Below, piece by piece: positions 39,111 to 52,433 of a DNA stretch of 64,000 nucleotides. Under the pieces are notes generated by a model, which saw only the letters and a program-made list of their open reading frames with translations, did no database searches and was not told where the DNA came from. Numbering within the stretch: the stretch's first letter is position 1; each line of letters opens with the position of its first letter. The position numbers and the translations under genes are program-made. The DNA comes from Okamejei kenojei (lineage: Eukaryota), in NCBI GenBank assembly GCA_035221665.1, contig CM069139.1, positions 61,566,001-61,630,000 on the forward strand. Direction: 5' to 3'.

Positions 39111-41744
39111 CATGGACCAGTGGAGAAGGGAGAAATAGTGTCGCTAATTCCTGTAGCACTTCAACAGCGCTTGCAGCGCCGGAGACTCGGTTCAATCCTG
39201 ACCATGAATGAAAGGCAGGTCTGTAAACATGCAGCAGGTCAGCTGCCGAGAATGTTTTTCTCAAGTGACCTATGACCTGGGCATGAGTAGTCGGAATACC
39301 GAACTCGCTTACTGAAGACTCGAATTACAGCAAATAGTTCATGCAAACTTAATATGATAGTTTGTATAACTTACAAGTTAATAGTATCTGAACTATTATG
39401 TTATTTCATGAATGAGAAACCCATTCCTACAAAGATTTATCTCCCGGGCTTGTGCTCTTCCATGTCATTACATTAACATCTTGTGTAGTTACTCAGCAAA
39501 TTTATTTAAAAAATGTGCAATATCCGTTTCATAACAAAACACTCCAGCCAATCATTATAATAACAAAACTCTGGTGTACCCTCGAGAATCAAAACATTTT
39601 AAAATATAAAATCAAACAATTCAAAATTTTTCGCAGCAGGAGAGGAAATACCAGTTCAACAATGGTAGTGATAAGCCCCAACTGATGGCAGGAATGGTGG
39701 ACCCAATGGGGCAACATAATGATGGGGGCAGAGGGGCCAGTTTGATTAAGAGAGTTGCAGGGCCAAATATATGGTGGGAGGGGAGGGGCCATTCCAATAA
39801 CAGGAGTAGAGACGTTAGTGCTGTGGTAAGAATGGAGGGGGCGGTAATGGGTGAAAGAGGAACTGACATCTAAATAACACGATGGGCATTTGTGGCCTTG
39901 GAAGATGTTGAGACCCATTGCTTTGCAAGGCTTTCTAATGTACATGTCCTGTATATAAATCTATCTCCAACCCACCATACATTTTAATCTTTCCAAAAAA
40001 TTTGAAAACCAAATTAAATTCTGGATTTTACAGTCATTTAATTTTCATTTCTTCTTACTTTTGGACAATTGTGACAATGTAGTTTTAATTGCTTACCCCT
40101 AATTTCTGGGAGAGCACTGTGGGCCACTGAGGAATGTGTGAAGAATATTTACGACATAAGCAGGGGTGCCAATCCCTTTGCTGAAGATATTAAGGAACTA
40201 ATTGGAGTTTTACAATGGAAAAATGACTAACGGTCATGTATCATGTCACTAAATTATGTTACCAGATTTAATATATCAATTTTATATTTTGTACCTATAG
40301 GATCTTACTTCATAATTTAAGTTGCTAGCACATTAACCATTACAGCATTTCCTGGATATTTTAAAATAAACTCTAATAGGCATGCCTTGGACATGAAACC
40401 ACGCTGATAATTTGTTAAGAGTGTGTGGTTTATCTTGGAGTTCATTAAACAATGTTTTCCTTAATGCCACATCATGGAACAAGCTGTGGAACCTTCATGG
40501 CAAACCGTTTCCAAATGTTCCACATCATTTAATGAGGATAACCAGTAAGATTTTGTTGGTGTAAATGTTCCACAATATAGTTTTTGAATTTTGCGAATAA
40601 TTTGTTGAATGATTTGTCTGAATCTGCTCAGTTGCAAAATTAGTTCACATTGATCATAATGATGTTGGCACATTTAAAATAGTTTAACCATCTAGAAGCG
40701 TAACAAACCAAACATTTTTTTTTTACAAATTTAGCAGAACTGTCATCATATATCTTAACAGAAAATATTTAAAAGGCCATTTACAAACAAGTGCAACAAA
40801 ATATTCTGTAGCTTTGCAAAACTTAAGAGATATCCATTGAATATGAATAAACTGTGCACAACCTCTTCAATATGAGCTACATGTCAAGATAATGTATTCA
40901 TTTTGAATGTCACCTTGGACCCGAATTTTGCCAATGCAACACTACACCACATGACTCTTAATTAGGAGACTCTGTTTTGAATCCTTTCCTTGACCACAAT
41001 AAGCTCTTTAATTTAGATTTAATTTTGATGCAGATATCTAAATTTCAACAACAATTATAACATTTGAGACAAGTGAGTAAGATAAATACAATACTTGAAA
41101 GCGACAAAGTAATGGATTTGAAGGAATGTCCAGACAATAATCAGCAACTGCATATCAAAACGTGGAGGGTTTCAGCAATAGCTGAAAGTAGAGCATTCAT
41201 GAAAGGGCATGTGCATATTTTAATCTGTAGCAAGTAAATTCAATGCGGATTAATTTGCAATAGAATGTAATTCCATCCAGAATCAATATTAAACAGTGTT
41301 GGAATAATAAAATATATTGTAATCAGAGAAAAGATCTTTATCTCTCCTGTGCCGAACATAACTTCAAACCAATCTTGAAAATCTTCTTTTACTAAGACTT
41401 CTTAAGTGAGGTTATTACCTACCAAACTCATGTATGTGGATATGCTGCAAGGATGTTGTTAATCAGAAATCAAATTCTTGAAGGAGAGGAGAAACAAATG
41501 GATGGCACAAAACGTATGAAGAACATTCTCCAATGGAAAATCTATGTTTGAAATCATTACTTTGTGATTACTTGTGAATCATGTTTTTATGCCAATGACA
41601 CTTATGAAGAGAAACAACCACCAAAAAACAAATGTATTCTATTATGCACTGGGCCCAGTTAGAATACAATCAAGGTAAAAATAGTTTATATTAGTCTGAC
41701 TCAGTGAGTTCTTCCAATTTATTATTTGTATTCTCAATCATGTT

Positions 41745-42090
41745 CAACTCATATTTTGTTTGGGCAGCTTACAATAGTGGTATGAATATTGATTTCTCTA
41801 ACTTCAAGTAACCCCTGCATTCCCTCTCCCTCCATCCCTCCCACACCCAAGTTACACCAGCTTTTCGTTTTCACCGAGCTACAGCTAACAATGTTTCCCG
41901 TTTCCTTTATTGTTGTTACTTTTTTTGCATATCTTTCATTCATTTGTTCTATATCTCTCTACATCATCGTCTATATCTCTGGTTTCCCTTTCCCGTGACT
42001 TTCAGTCTGAAGAAGGGTCTCGACCCGAAACGTCACCCATTCCTTCTCTCCAGAGATGCTGCCTGTCCCGCTGAGTTACTCCAGCATGTT
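41745..42090 (+). mobile_element. Penelope-like element 3' terminal fragment
   Basis: Homologous to 56308-56567 (ctcatattt...ttggg.agcttaca...tatgaa.attga.ttctc) and ends in the CTGAAGA...GAAACGTC motif. Confidence 0.8.
42007..42034 (+). ncRNA. Minimal hammerhead-ribozyme-like core
   Basis: CUGAAGA-A-GGGUC-uc-GACCC-GAAAC-GUC: conserved core boxes, a stem II hairpin and a palindromic ACGU stem III region. Stem I is only about 2 bp. Confidence 0.6.
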
Positions 42091-44921
42091 GAGTCCTTCC
42101 CTGATGCGCAGTGGCTGCACTGCGGACTTGCTATAAAATACATAGCAGTCATTTATCCATCCTGCTCTGACAATAGCCTAATAAATCTACAACGTTTATA
42201 ATAAAGACAAGGGCAGCAGGTGGAGGCAAACACCGCCTGCTGCCTCTCCAAGTTGCTCATATTCCTGAGTTGGAAATATGTTGCCACTCCATCCTCACTG
42301 GGTCTAAATCCTGGAACTTCCAATCAAATAGCATCACGAGTGTACCTGCTTCCCTGCTTTTATTCACTCTAAGACACCTAACTATTCCAATGCTTCCCTA
42401 CTTGGCTTCTTGTCTTCGAAACTCCATAAAATTAATTCCATATTCCCTTAAGTCATTCAGCCCACCGAGTTTATGCTGGCACACACAACAATCCCATTTG
42501 CCTGCTAATTTTCTTTGTAAACTATTCTTCTCACATGCTCAAAATGTGGAACAATCTACAATGGTTGAATAACCTGCCAAATCTGCAAGTCTCTGAGTTG
42601 TGGGAGGAAATTGGAATCCCAGGGAAACCTTGCAGTCACATTGAGAAAGTGCAAACTGCACAAGGATAGCACCAGAGGTTGATATCAAAACCAAGTCACT
42701 GGAGCTGTGACGCCCTGTCAGCTGAAACTGTTGTCTTATCCTATTTTCCATGTAAAATGTTTTGAAAGCCTAGAATTGCCTCCGTTTTTCAGATTCTACC
42801 GTACAAATTTCTCTAGGGCTACTTCTATAGTCTCCCCGGTCCTCCAAGACCTCTGCATTCCTTCAATTGTGAAACGTATGACTCAGATTTTAATTACCTT
42901 ATTCCCTCATAGCTGGCTGTACTTTCAGCTCTGGAATTACTTCTTCAAGTCACTCACAAGAATCATTTTGGGTCATTTAATTTGGTGAAATAAATCTTTA
43001 CAAATGCAAGTTGTTGTCTTGCTCTCCATGTGTAATGCCTAAACTAATTAGTATTTTCATCGTTTCTCTTTTATCACAACAGTATAGCATTAGATTTTCA
43101 ATGAATACCACAAAGTTACTGCATGCAATTACAAAAGCCAACCTTAGCTATAACATTTGTACTGTTTAAATCCAGCAAATTAATAATCTAACAGGCATAC
43201 AAACTAAACAATTACGCATCTGTGCAAAAGTCAACTTTTAATTTTTTGACTTTTAAAAACATTTAAAACTACTTAAAACTTAAAAATATTTAATAAAACC
43301 ATTACTCTTCTAAAGCTTCATCTGACAAGATTATTCTACTTCCTCATTTCAATCACAGCAAACAGCAAACAATACCAAAGCATTTTTGATTAACTCGCAT
43401 TATTAGATAATGTAAATGTTGTATCATTCATTGGTAATGAGATTCTCAAATAATTGATCAATTTGATAGCAAGGTAAGCTTTAAAGAGTAATAATCATTC
43501 TTTGTATATTCTACATTATATTCTACATTATCAACGAACCAATTAAAAACTGTCCTTCATCACGTTTTGAGCTGCGACCGAAACAATCTACTATTTTTAC
43601 TCCATGAATTTCTGATTACAACATCCTTTCAGCAGAAAATTCTGCATTGAGGCCATTCAAATCCCAGTTTGATTGCGACAAAGGTGGGGGGGAAAAATGA
43701 ACCATTCAGTTACACAAAAATCTCTCTCTGCATAGAATAAATTATTTTTTTAATTCTTCTGTGAAAATGATCTAATTCTTTGGTCTATTACATTTTCCAC
43801 CATTCTTACAGACACAGGGCAGGCTCCCAATGAGCACCTTAAGACAGATGTAAGGAAACAAAGGTAAATTATTTTTGAAGTATTTTGAATGCCATTCAGC
43901 ACACTGAGAAATAATAGCATGGCTGACCCTGTTGATTAGCACCAGAGGGGCAACTGTTTCACCATTATTTTTTTATAATTCCTGAATGAAGATGAACTCA
44001 TATTTCAATTCATTAAATAGAGGCTGGTGATGGAATGATCTAAATGACTTCATTAAGCAGAATGGAAATCTAGATGAGGGAACGAGTTTGGAACAGCATC
44101 TTCAGATCCTACAGAAAGTCTTCTTTTGATAGAATACTGACAAACCAGGCTATCAACATTCTTGACAAGTAAACCATTTGCAGTAGTTCTTACCCACTGA
44201 AAACGTACAAGGTTAATAAATATACTTTTGGATAATAACAGGATCATAACTCAGGATTAGGATTTAGCATGATGGGAAAATACATACACATTTCTATTTT
44301 TAAGTTGTTCAGGTGTTTCCAGTACTTTTATAACAGAATTCAGCAAGGTGAATAGTGTTGAATTTCATTCCCACTACCCATCTTTGAATTTTGTGCCGTT
44401 AGAATTGGAATGTCAATTTTGACGCTATAGCAATTAGAAAGTGAGAGGAACTCTTCTACCCATGCTTTTTCTGCGTGACTAGAAACGACAATGAAATTCG
44501 GAAATGTTATCATATACATTTCCCTGCACTCACTCAAAAGTAGAAAAGGAAAGTCAATAAGCCAGTGCAAAGTCAGAAGTAAAAACAATCCCTCCTCGCA
44601 ATTTGCATACTTACCAGACTTACATTAGAGTTGGCCACATTTTGCAGTGTTCATTTGTATTTTAACAGCTTTTAAGATTAACACTGGCATTTTAAGAAAA
44701 ATGTTAGTTAAACCCAAATATGTTATACACCTGGAGATAAAAAACCCTATACTTTCTTTCTTCCTCCTACACCCTTACGTGTTTACCACATTGTTTATTT
44801 TTATTTCAGTTCAGAAACATACCATCAAAAGTAACATGCAGAATTGTAAATACTGTGTTCACAAGAGCAGGGCGCAAAGCAACACAGTAGTGCTAATGAT
44901 GCAAGAACACGTGCAGTGTAC

Positions 44922-44963
44922 CTCTGTAGCACAATAAGAAGGTGTGCATGAAGAGAGCTCAGC
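44922..44963 (-). CDS. GPHN: Gephyrin alternative cassette exon, C4c-like, 42 nt (AELSSCTPSYCATE)
   Basis: ttttcttttcccttgctgcacaaccag|GCT GAG CTC...ACA GAG|gtacac. 14 codons, phase 0-0. Aligns without gaps to the recalled mammalian cassette ARLPSCSSTYSVSE (A, L, S, C, Y, E shared). Confidence 0.8.
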
Positions 44964-45962
44964 CTGGTTGTGCAGCAAGGGAAAAGAAAACACTGTTAAT
45001 GAGAGTGCGCCAAAAAAAGGTCTGAAGAGGTTCTCTGCATAGGAGGTTCCAGTTCTGAGGCAGAAGGCAGGGGTTTCATTGATCCATCCTTCTTTTGAAG
45101 TTGGGATAGTTTTGGTAGATTATACAAGATTTGACATTTAACATCAGGAGCTGATGCCAACACAAAGTAACCTGTATCATTTTTGTTGGCATTTATTTCA
45201 GACAACTTTTAAAAATGTTCTTGTAACATCTTTACAACAATTACACCATGTGGCTGATTATAGGTTATCAAAGTTTTGTCCAAGACCTTATTTCTGAAAT
45301 CTTTCAAGATCAAGTAAGAAACATATACTAGCTTAGATTCTATTCACCTTGAGGTGCTGACATTATGTTATCTCCAACAAAGGTCAAGGGGAACTCTATA
45401 CTACCAGGAATATCAACAATTATATTTCTCCAGCACCTTTATCTACCTTTGATTTTGCAGCATTTGCAGTTCCTTCTTAAAACACTTTGTCTACCCCACT
45501 GCAAAATCTCCTCAAGGAATGCCAACTTTGAAGAAGTTCTCTTCCTCCCTCCGAAGACAGTTTTACAACCTCCTCTCTAACTGCTCTCCCTCTGTGGCTT
45601 CTCCCCCCCCCCCCCCCCCCCCACCCTACATCAGTCTGAAGAAGGGTTTCGGCACAAAACGTTTCCTATTTCCTTCGCTCCGTAGATGCTGCTGCACCCG
45701 CTGAGTTTCTCCAGCACTTTTGTCTATCTGTAATACAGATTTCTTCTTAAGTTCTCTAATATTAGCGTTTAGAGCAACAAAATGGATACCATTTCATTTG
45801 ATGCAGGGAATGGTTATTTAAAGTGTATTGTAAGCTATTCTTCAGCCTCAATCTAATGAAACCCTTGTTGTTGTGGAAAAGGAGCAAAGAAGTATGAAAG
45901 TAAATCATTTGAGCCACTATTATCGACCTCCAGAAGAGTAACATCACCAGGTAAAATTAAAT

Positions 45963-46034
45963 ATTTACTTTGAATGAGACTCCTTTCACATTTCCTTCCA
46001 GCTAATCTTTGAGTTCATTCAGCTTTTGATGGTA
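45963..46034 (-). pseudogene. GPHN: Gephyrin C4b-like cassette with in-frame stop (YHQKLNELKD*LEGNVKGVSFKVN)
   Basis: tatatgtag|TAC CAT CAA AAG CTG AAT GAA CTC AAA GAT TAG CTG GAA GGA AAT GTG AAA GGA... Aligns to the recalled mammalian LHRKLEELRDxLEGNVKGYSLRVN. TAG at 46004-46002. No GT after codon 24, but AAA|gtaaat follows codon 22. Confidence 0.82.
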
Positions 46035-47823
46035 CTACATATAAACATCAGATTTAAATAGCCTGTCATTTGACCTTTGGAAGAAATTTAATTCCAAAAC
46101 AAGCATAATTTACATCTTAATGTGTCTTTCACAGGAGTTTTCTGAATCAAAGCTTAAAGCTGCAATAAATTACAGTGCATACTTTGTACAGTTTTGCCAA
46201 TTTACTCAGCTATTAGAAGGAATTTTAGAAAAAAAAATACAAATTAAGGAATGATGTTAAGTTAGGATTTGGAAGAGTTTTGTGCATGAGTAATTTTCAG
46301 TCTGAAGCAGAAGGTAGAGGTTTCACTTGACCTAATATACTTGACCTAATAATATATAAGTTGAATTGAACTTGGTCAAGGTTCACTCAAGGAACCATCA
46401 ACTTTAGTGGATAACTCAGAAGCGTAAAAAATGTTTATATGCATTACATTGTACCAGGCATAAACCTACAAGAACTACATCCAACTGTGCAATGGTAAAG
46501 TGATTTTGACTTCATGTTCTCGCCTTGGCCCAACCTCCCCTACTTAATTCCAAAGTAAATGCAGTGACAATTATAGCGGTGATTGCCCAATGCATTACCT
46601 GTTGCTGTGGTTTAAACACATATTAATGCTGTACAATATTTGTTCAAGATAATTACACTTGCAATGATACCACTGGCGACTGATAGCTGATACTTGACAG
46701 TTTTAACAAACAAAGCACAAATGTCAATTCACGGTGTTTGGCAGATTGCGATAGAATCATTCAATCAGTATCTTAAACAAAATATACTTTAGCAGAAGAG
46801 CTAAATTAAGCTGAATAACAATGGAAATTTGTGAGCACCAAAATGATTGATGAGCTGGGATTAAGCAAAATTAATATTCAATAAAATGTTAACAGCCATA
46901 TGAATAAAATATAAGAGAGCAAGTCTATGATTGATGACAAGGCACCAATGTATCTTAAAAACCTGAAAAATAACTGGGAAAGGGGAGGACGTTTGTGTTC
47001 TGCAGGAAAATGTTGATGGATTGGCCAAGTCAGCAGAAAGTACCCATGTGAAATTCAATTTAAGGACGTCTAAGGCAGATGGTAAACAAGAAAAAGCAAA
47101 TGTAAAATGCAGGATATTTAAAGGAGAGGAATGAAAGACCATTGCAGTATGTTCACAGGACAGGATCATTAGGTGGATAAGTGCAGGTTACTTTATGGCC
47201 GATGCCTAGAAGAGCTGGCAGGTCATGCCAGATTTGTATAAATCACATCTGGATTACCAAGTATCCGGTCGCAACATTATAGGAAGGATGTAATAACACT
47301 ATAATTTAGCTGCATGCCACAATTGGCTATGCTGGCCATTTCTATTTATGTAAAGCCATTAACATAAAAATATCCTCAAGTATTTCATAGGAATATTAAT
47401 AAATAAAAATAGATGCGGAGCCACATAATGATTGAAAAGTTGACCGGAAGTGAATAAGGTAGATTTACAACATTGTTTAATAAAAAGTGAGGCAGAGACA
47501 TGAAGTGAGAATATTCAAAGGTTTGTGACCTGGGCACCTGAAAGCATGGTTGTGAAAAATGTAAATCTACAATCCGGCAGTATAAAACTCTAGAACTTGA
47601 GGGGATATATTTTTTTAATGAGTGCAGAAGAGATCAGCTACTGTTTCATGGCTGGGAATTTTAGCTGCATTTCCACAATTGGCTAAGATGGCTTGCTTGG
47701 AACAGTAAAGACTGAGGCAAGACATAATTGGAATATATAAAATAACAAAGGGACTAAATGAAGTGAATAAGAATTATCTATTGTACAAATAAAGAGTGCT
47801 TGAAATATACAAAAGATCTAGTG

Positions 47824-48534
47824 CAGGGGTCGGCAATCTGCATCGGGGCCAGGACCCATGTCTGTTAATAAATTGAGATAATAATAGTCATAGTTTTGTT
47901 TCGAAGGTGCTGTACTTACAGGACGGAGAGGGAGCCTGGTTAACGGCAGCCTCCCCGTGTCCACCGAGCCTTGGATGCCCCCAGTGAGGGAGGGCGAGGC
48001 GGGGGAGGCAGGGGCCAGGAGGGTGGCTGCCTGCTCGGAGTGCCGGGACTACCGGCGTCGTGTCGCCCACTGCTGCTGCTCCCCATCGAGGTGCCCACTC
48101 GGTGGACATGAGTGACCGGTCTGAGCGGGGCTAGCATCTGGGCTACAAGGCAGAGGCCCAACTCCTCCCTGTCCCGTCCACCAGGTCCCCCCCCACGCCC
48201 ACTGCCTGGACCCCCCCCCCCGGAGAGGCCAGTCGCGACAGCAAGGCGGAGGCCGATTTGTCTGACGGGGTCAACGAGAGCCCGGACAGCACGCCCAACT
48301 CCAACGAGGCCATCAACTGCAGCACGGACTCCTCGTCCCCGAGCAGCCTGCCCGAGGCACCCGCACACCTACCTGTGGGAAACACATCACAGCTGGGACT
48401 CCCCCACCATCAACAATGACGTCTTCCAGCGACAGCAGTACTGCATCGAGCTAAAAAAAAATACGCCTGCGGACCCAGGTGATTTCGGGTTATGAGACTA
48501 ATCCGGCCCGTGGGCCTTAGGCTGCCGACCCCTG
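47824..48534. mobile_element. Non-autonomous hAT (Charlie-like) element with a GC-rich coding-like interior
   Basis: TIRs CAGGGGTCGGCA...TGCCGACCCCTG. 8-bp flanks ATCTAGTG and GTCAAGTG (6/8 match). Confidence 0.8.
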
Positions 48535-48684
48535 GTCAAGTGGCTAGGCCATTCTGTATGACTGTAGTGTGAAAAGGCTGCTATGAATGTAATGTCAAAA
48601 CATATTCAAAGGTATCTCAAAATAGGTAGAGATAGATTTGTTATTCTTTAGGATTTATCGGTATTTTATGCTGTATATCCACTG

Positions 48685-49263
48685 GGTGTCGCCTCGCCAA
48701 CAGTCTGTCTGTCCCTTCCTTTTTGATTTTTTAGTTAAATGTACTCTTTAGTGTTCTTTAATTTGTTTTATGTGGTGGGTGGGGAGTTGGGGGAAACTTT
48801 GTTTAATCCCTTACCTTGACGAAATGCGTTTTTTTCCGTATCGTATCTCCGTCCGCACTGCGGACTAACATCGAGGAGATGGCGGAGTTTGCTGGAGACC
48901 GACTACGGGAGCTCCAACCGCGGGAGCCTGCGGACTTTAACATCGTGGGGCTTGCGGTCCCTGGTTAGAGATAGATTTCGAGAGCTCCAAGCTGCGGGAG
49001 CTTCGACCACCCCGACGCGGGGGATTCGATTGCCTCGACTGCAGACGGTTCGACTACTCTGACCGCGGGTGAATAAGGAGGAAGGAGATTGAACTTTATT
49101 GTCTTCCATTACAATGAGGAATGTGGGGAATCCGTTGTGGTAGATGTTTATGTTAACTTTTATGTAGTTGAGTGCCTTGTTGCTTTTTTTTTTAGTATGG
49201 CTGTATGGTAATTCGAGTTTCACTGTACCTTAATTGGTACGTGACAAACTGACCTTTGAACCT
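48685..49263 (+). mobile_element. Second copy of the unclassified repeat at 25603-26318
   Basis: Shared 5' and 3' blocks with a divergent middle. Confidence 0.65.
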
Positions 49264-51875
49264 TGGTATTCAGTTTTTAAGATTATCTCAAATATAAATG
49301 ACACAGTAATAAGCTCAGTTTTCCCTCAAGACTTTTCTGATTAGTACTAAGCCGATTCTGTTGAAATTATTATTGATGCATGTATGGGTAATGTGAATTG
49401 TAAAAAAAATATTTTAATTAGCTATGCACATTCTTTTTGGTATTTTAACTTACCTGAGATTTAGGATAAAAGGATATAACACCATAGAAAGAAGCCTGTA
49501 CCTGATTATTGATAGAGCTATCAAATTTCTCCAAACTCCCTGCTGTTTGGTGATAGATGTGCCTTAAATTAATAAATGTACAGCTCGTAAATAAACAGCA
49601 ATGCTTTCTTTAGTTTAACTGTGTTAAATTCTCAGTGCAGCATACATTTCTCAAATAACTCAATTACCACCAATTATCAAGTAATGTAAACTAATAAATT
49701 AAACGTACACCTGTGTTCTCTGTGTTGCCACCTCATAATCTGTTTTGATGCCTTGTACTGGCATTTCTTTGGATATTCTTGTAATCCTATGTGATTTTAC
49801 CCAATTCCTTCCATTTGCTAAGATTTTAAGATCCACTTACTTGTATGTCTCACAATCCATACTTCCACATTATTTCAGCACTACCCATATCCTTGGAAAA
49901 TTCCTGTAGTCCATGATCCCTAATAAGCACCGATATAATCTGTCGGGTTCATTCAAATTTATTTTATGAAATAACTTTTACCTTAGTAACAAAAAGCAGC
50001 AATTTTGAGTGGTGTGATTCCCCAATCTCCTGTGCGTCAGCGTGCTAAGGACAAATTGAACGCCAACACCACTTCTTAGCTGAGATCAGTGAACCCAACA
50101 GAGGTCAGAAAATAGAAAGCTCTGCGCTGCAGTACTTAGTTCCATATCAAGCAATGCAATGATTCACTGTGCCATGAGTGGTGAGCAGCTAAGTATAATG
50201 GGGATCGTGAAAACAATTTAATTTCATTACAATATTTGAGTTGGTTGCTTTGACTGTTTGGATATGAGCCTGATGTGACCATTGGTTTAGCATTATTCAT
50301 CTTAAAATGGGATTGAAATTATTGGTTTAGCAAAATTCACCTTAAAATGGGATAACTAAACTTAATGCCCTACCATTACCGCAATTTTGTTGCCGACTAC
50401 AATGTAGCATCCTTGTATTTTTATGAGGGATTTGGGGCTAGATGGTTTTAAGGCATAAATACCTTAAATAGATTTCAGACAGACATTTTTACATGCCAAC
50501 AGCTCAGAACTCATGTTAGGAATTCTCATATCTGTCTCATGGCAAAAGAGCTGGAGAGGCACTTAGAAAGATATGTATTGAATTATCTCTTTGGGTTAGA
50601 AACCATCCAGGCTAGCTAAAATAATCCAATGCTCCCCATATTCCCATTTTTGCCAAACATTTGTAGAACAGAACTCATTATACAATGATATAATGTCTGA
50701 GCATTTTCATTTTGGTACAATCATAAAGCAGTTCATTGGTCAAGCATAGTTAATATGCAAATCATTAACATCAAAACGTTAATTTATTTTGGATACCAAA
50801 AGGCTTTCACAGATGAAACAAACATATTTAAGTTATTATAATCTTCACATTTGGGGACTAAGGAGCATTATGTCAAGTTGCTAAAACCAACACCAAAAAA
50901 TAACACAGCAAGCTGTCTTTCTTTTGACTTAAATAAATAATCTATTGGTGTGGTTATACATAAAGGACTACTTTAAAAATAACTTCCTTCATATTCATTT
51001 AGTAAAAAAGCTGCAACATAAAATTAGTAAAGGTGAAGGAAAGGAGTGTCCTTTTAACTATGAAACAGTAAATAGGATGGAAAGGCAGAGAAGACACTGA
51101 ACACAGAAGTAGAAATATCCCCCTCTGGTCCAATCCCTCCCTACCTATCTCCAAGCCACCTCACAGGCACTTCCTCTCTTCCATTTTCCAGGCCCCCACT
51201 CCCTCATCTTTACTACGGATGTCTAGACACTCTACCACTCCACCCCCAACAAGGAAGGTCTTAAAGCCCTCCGTTTCTTACTTGACCGCAGAACCAGCAA
51301 ATTTCCGTCTACTAACTCTCTCCTCCGTTGTTACAGGCCCTTACCTGTAACAACTTCTTCAACTCCTCCCACTTCCTCCAAATCCAAGGCGTAGTTATGG
51401 GCTCTCGCATGGGCCCAAGCTATGGCTGCCTCTTTGTAGGGAATGTCGAACAATCACTGTTCCAGGCGTACACTGGCCCTATCCCCAAATTCTACCTCAG
51501 CTACATTGACAACTACATCAGTGCTACCTCCTTTCACCCATGCAGAACTCACTGACTTCATCAACTTCACCACTAATTTCCATCCTACACTCAAATTCAC
51601 TTGGACCATTTCCGACATCTCCTTATCGTTTCTAGATCTCACCGTCTCTATCACAAGAGAGACTATTGACTGACATCAATTACAAATCCACTGACTCCCA
51701 TAGCTATCTAGACTACACTTCCTTTCTCCCTGCATCCTGTAAAGACTCTATCCCCCTACTCCCAATTCCTCCGTCTAAACCGCATTTGTGCGCAGGATAA
51801 TGTTTTCCATGCTAGGTAGGATGATGTTTTCCATGAGATATCCTCATTCCTTAGGGAACGGGGGATTCCCCCTTC

Positions 51876-52176
51876 CTGGAGCGGAAAACCCATGGGGGGC
51901 CAAAGGGGACACGTCCCCTCCATGTTTTGAGAGGTGGGGGACATCCCCCCTCAAGTTTTTGTAATCCGGATTTTAAAATCTCCGCTTTCTGCGAGACAGT
52001 GGAGGTGGGACTGCTGATCGAGGGCGCCGATTGGACAAGAGAGACGTCGGTCAGCGGGCAATGAGGGCGGGACATGATGTGGGTGAGCATGTGCATGTGT
52101 GGGTGAGTGCGCGCATGGCCACCAAAAATTTGTGTCCCCCGTCCCCTCCATGTTTTTATAGTGAGTTCCGCTCTTG
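51876..52176. mobile_element. hAT MITE
   Basis: 8-bp TSD CCCCCTTC at 51868-51875 and 52177-52184. Imperfect TIRs CTGGAGCGGAA and TTCCGCTCTTG. Subterminal direct repeat gtcccctccatgtttt. Confidence 0.8.
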
Positions 52177-52433
52177 CCCCCTTCCATTATAGATGAGACT
52201 CTTACTAAGGTCTCCTCGACATCCCGCAGCTGCGCTCTTGCTCCCCCTCCCCCCATTGGTAACAATGACAAAGTCCCCCCTGTCTTCACCCTCCACCCCA
52301 TCAGCCATCGCACACAACATATAATCCTCCAACATTTTCGCCACCTACAACGGGATCCCACCACTGGCCACATCTTCCCATCTCCACCCCTTTCTGCTTT
52401 CCGTGGAGACCATTTCCTCCACAACTCCCTGGA

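Noticed and set aside
50000-50180. Possible ancient SINE or conserved non-coding remnant (similar hints at about 3000-3100 and 17940-18050)
   Set aside because: Too degenerate to assign without a profile search.
50281-50352. Two-copy tandem repeat attggtttagca...cttaaaatggga
   Set aside because: A simple local duplication, not a CRISPR or other array.
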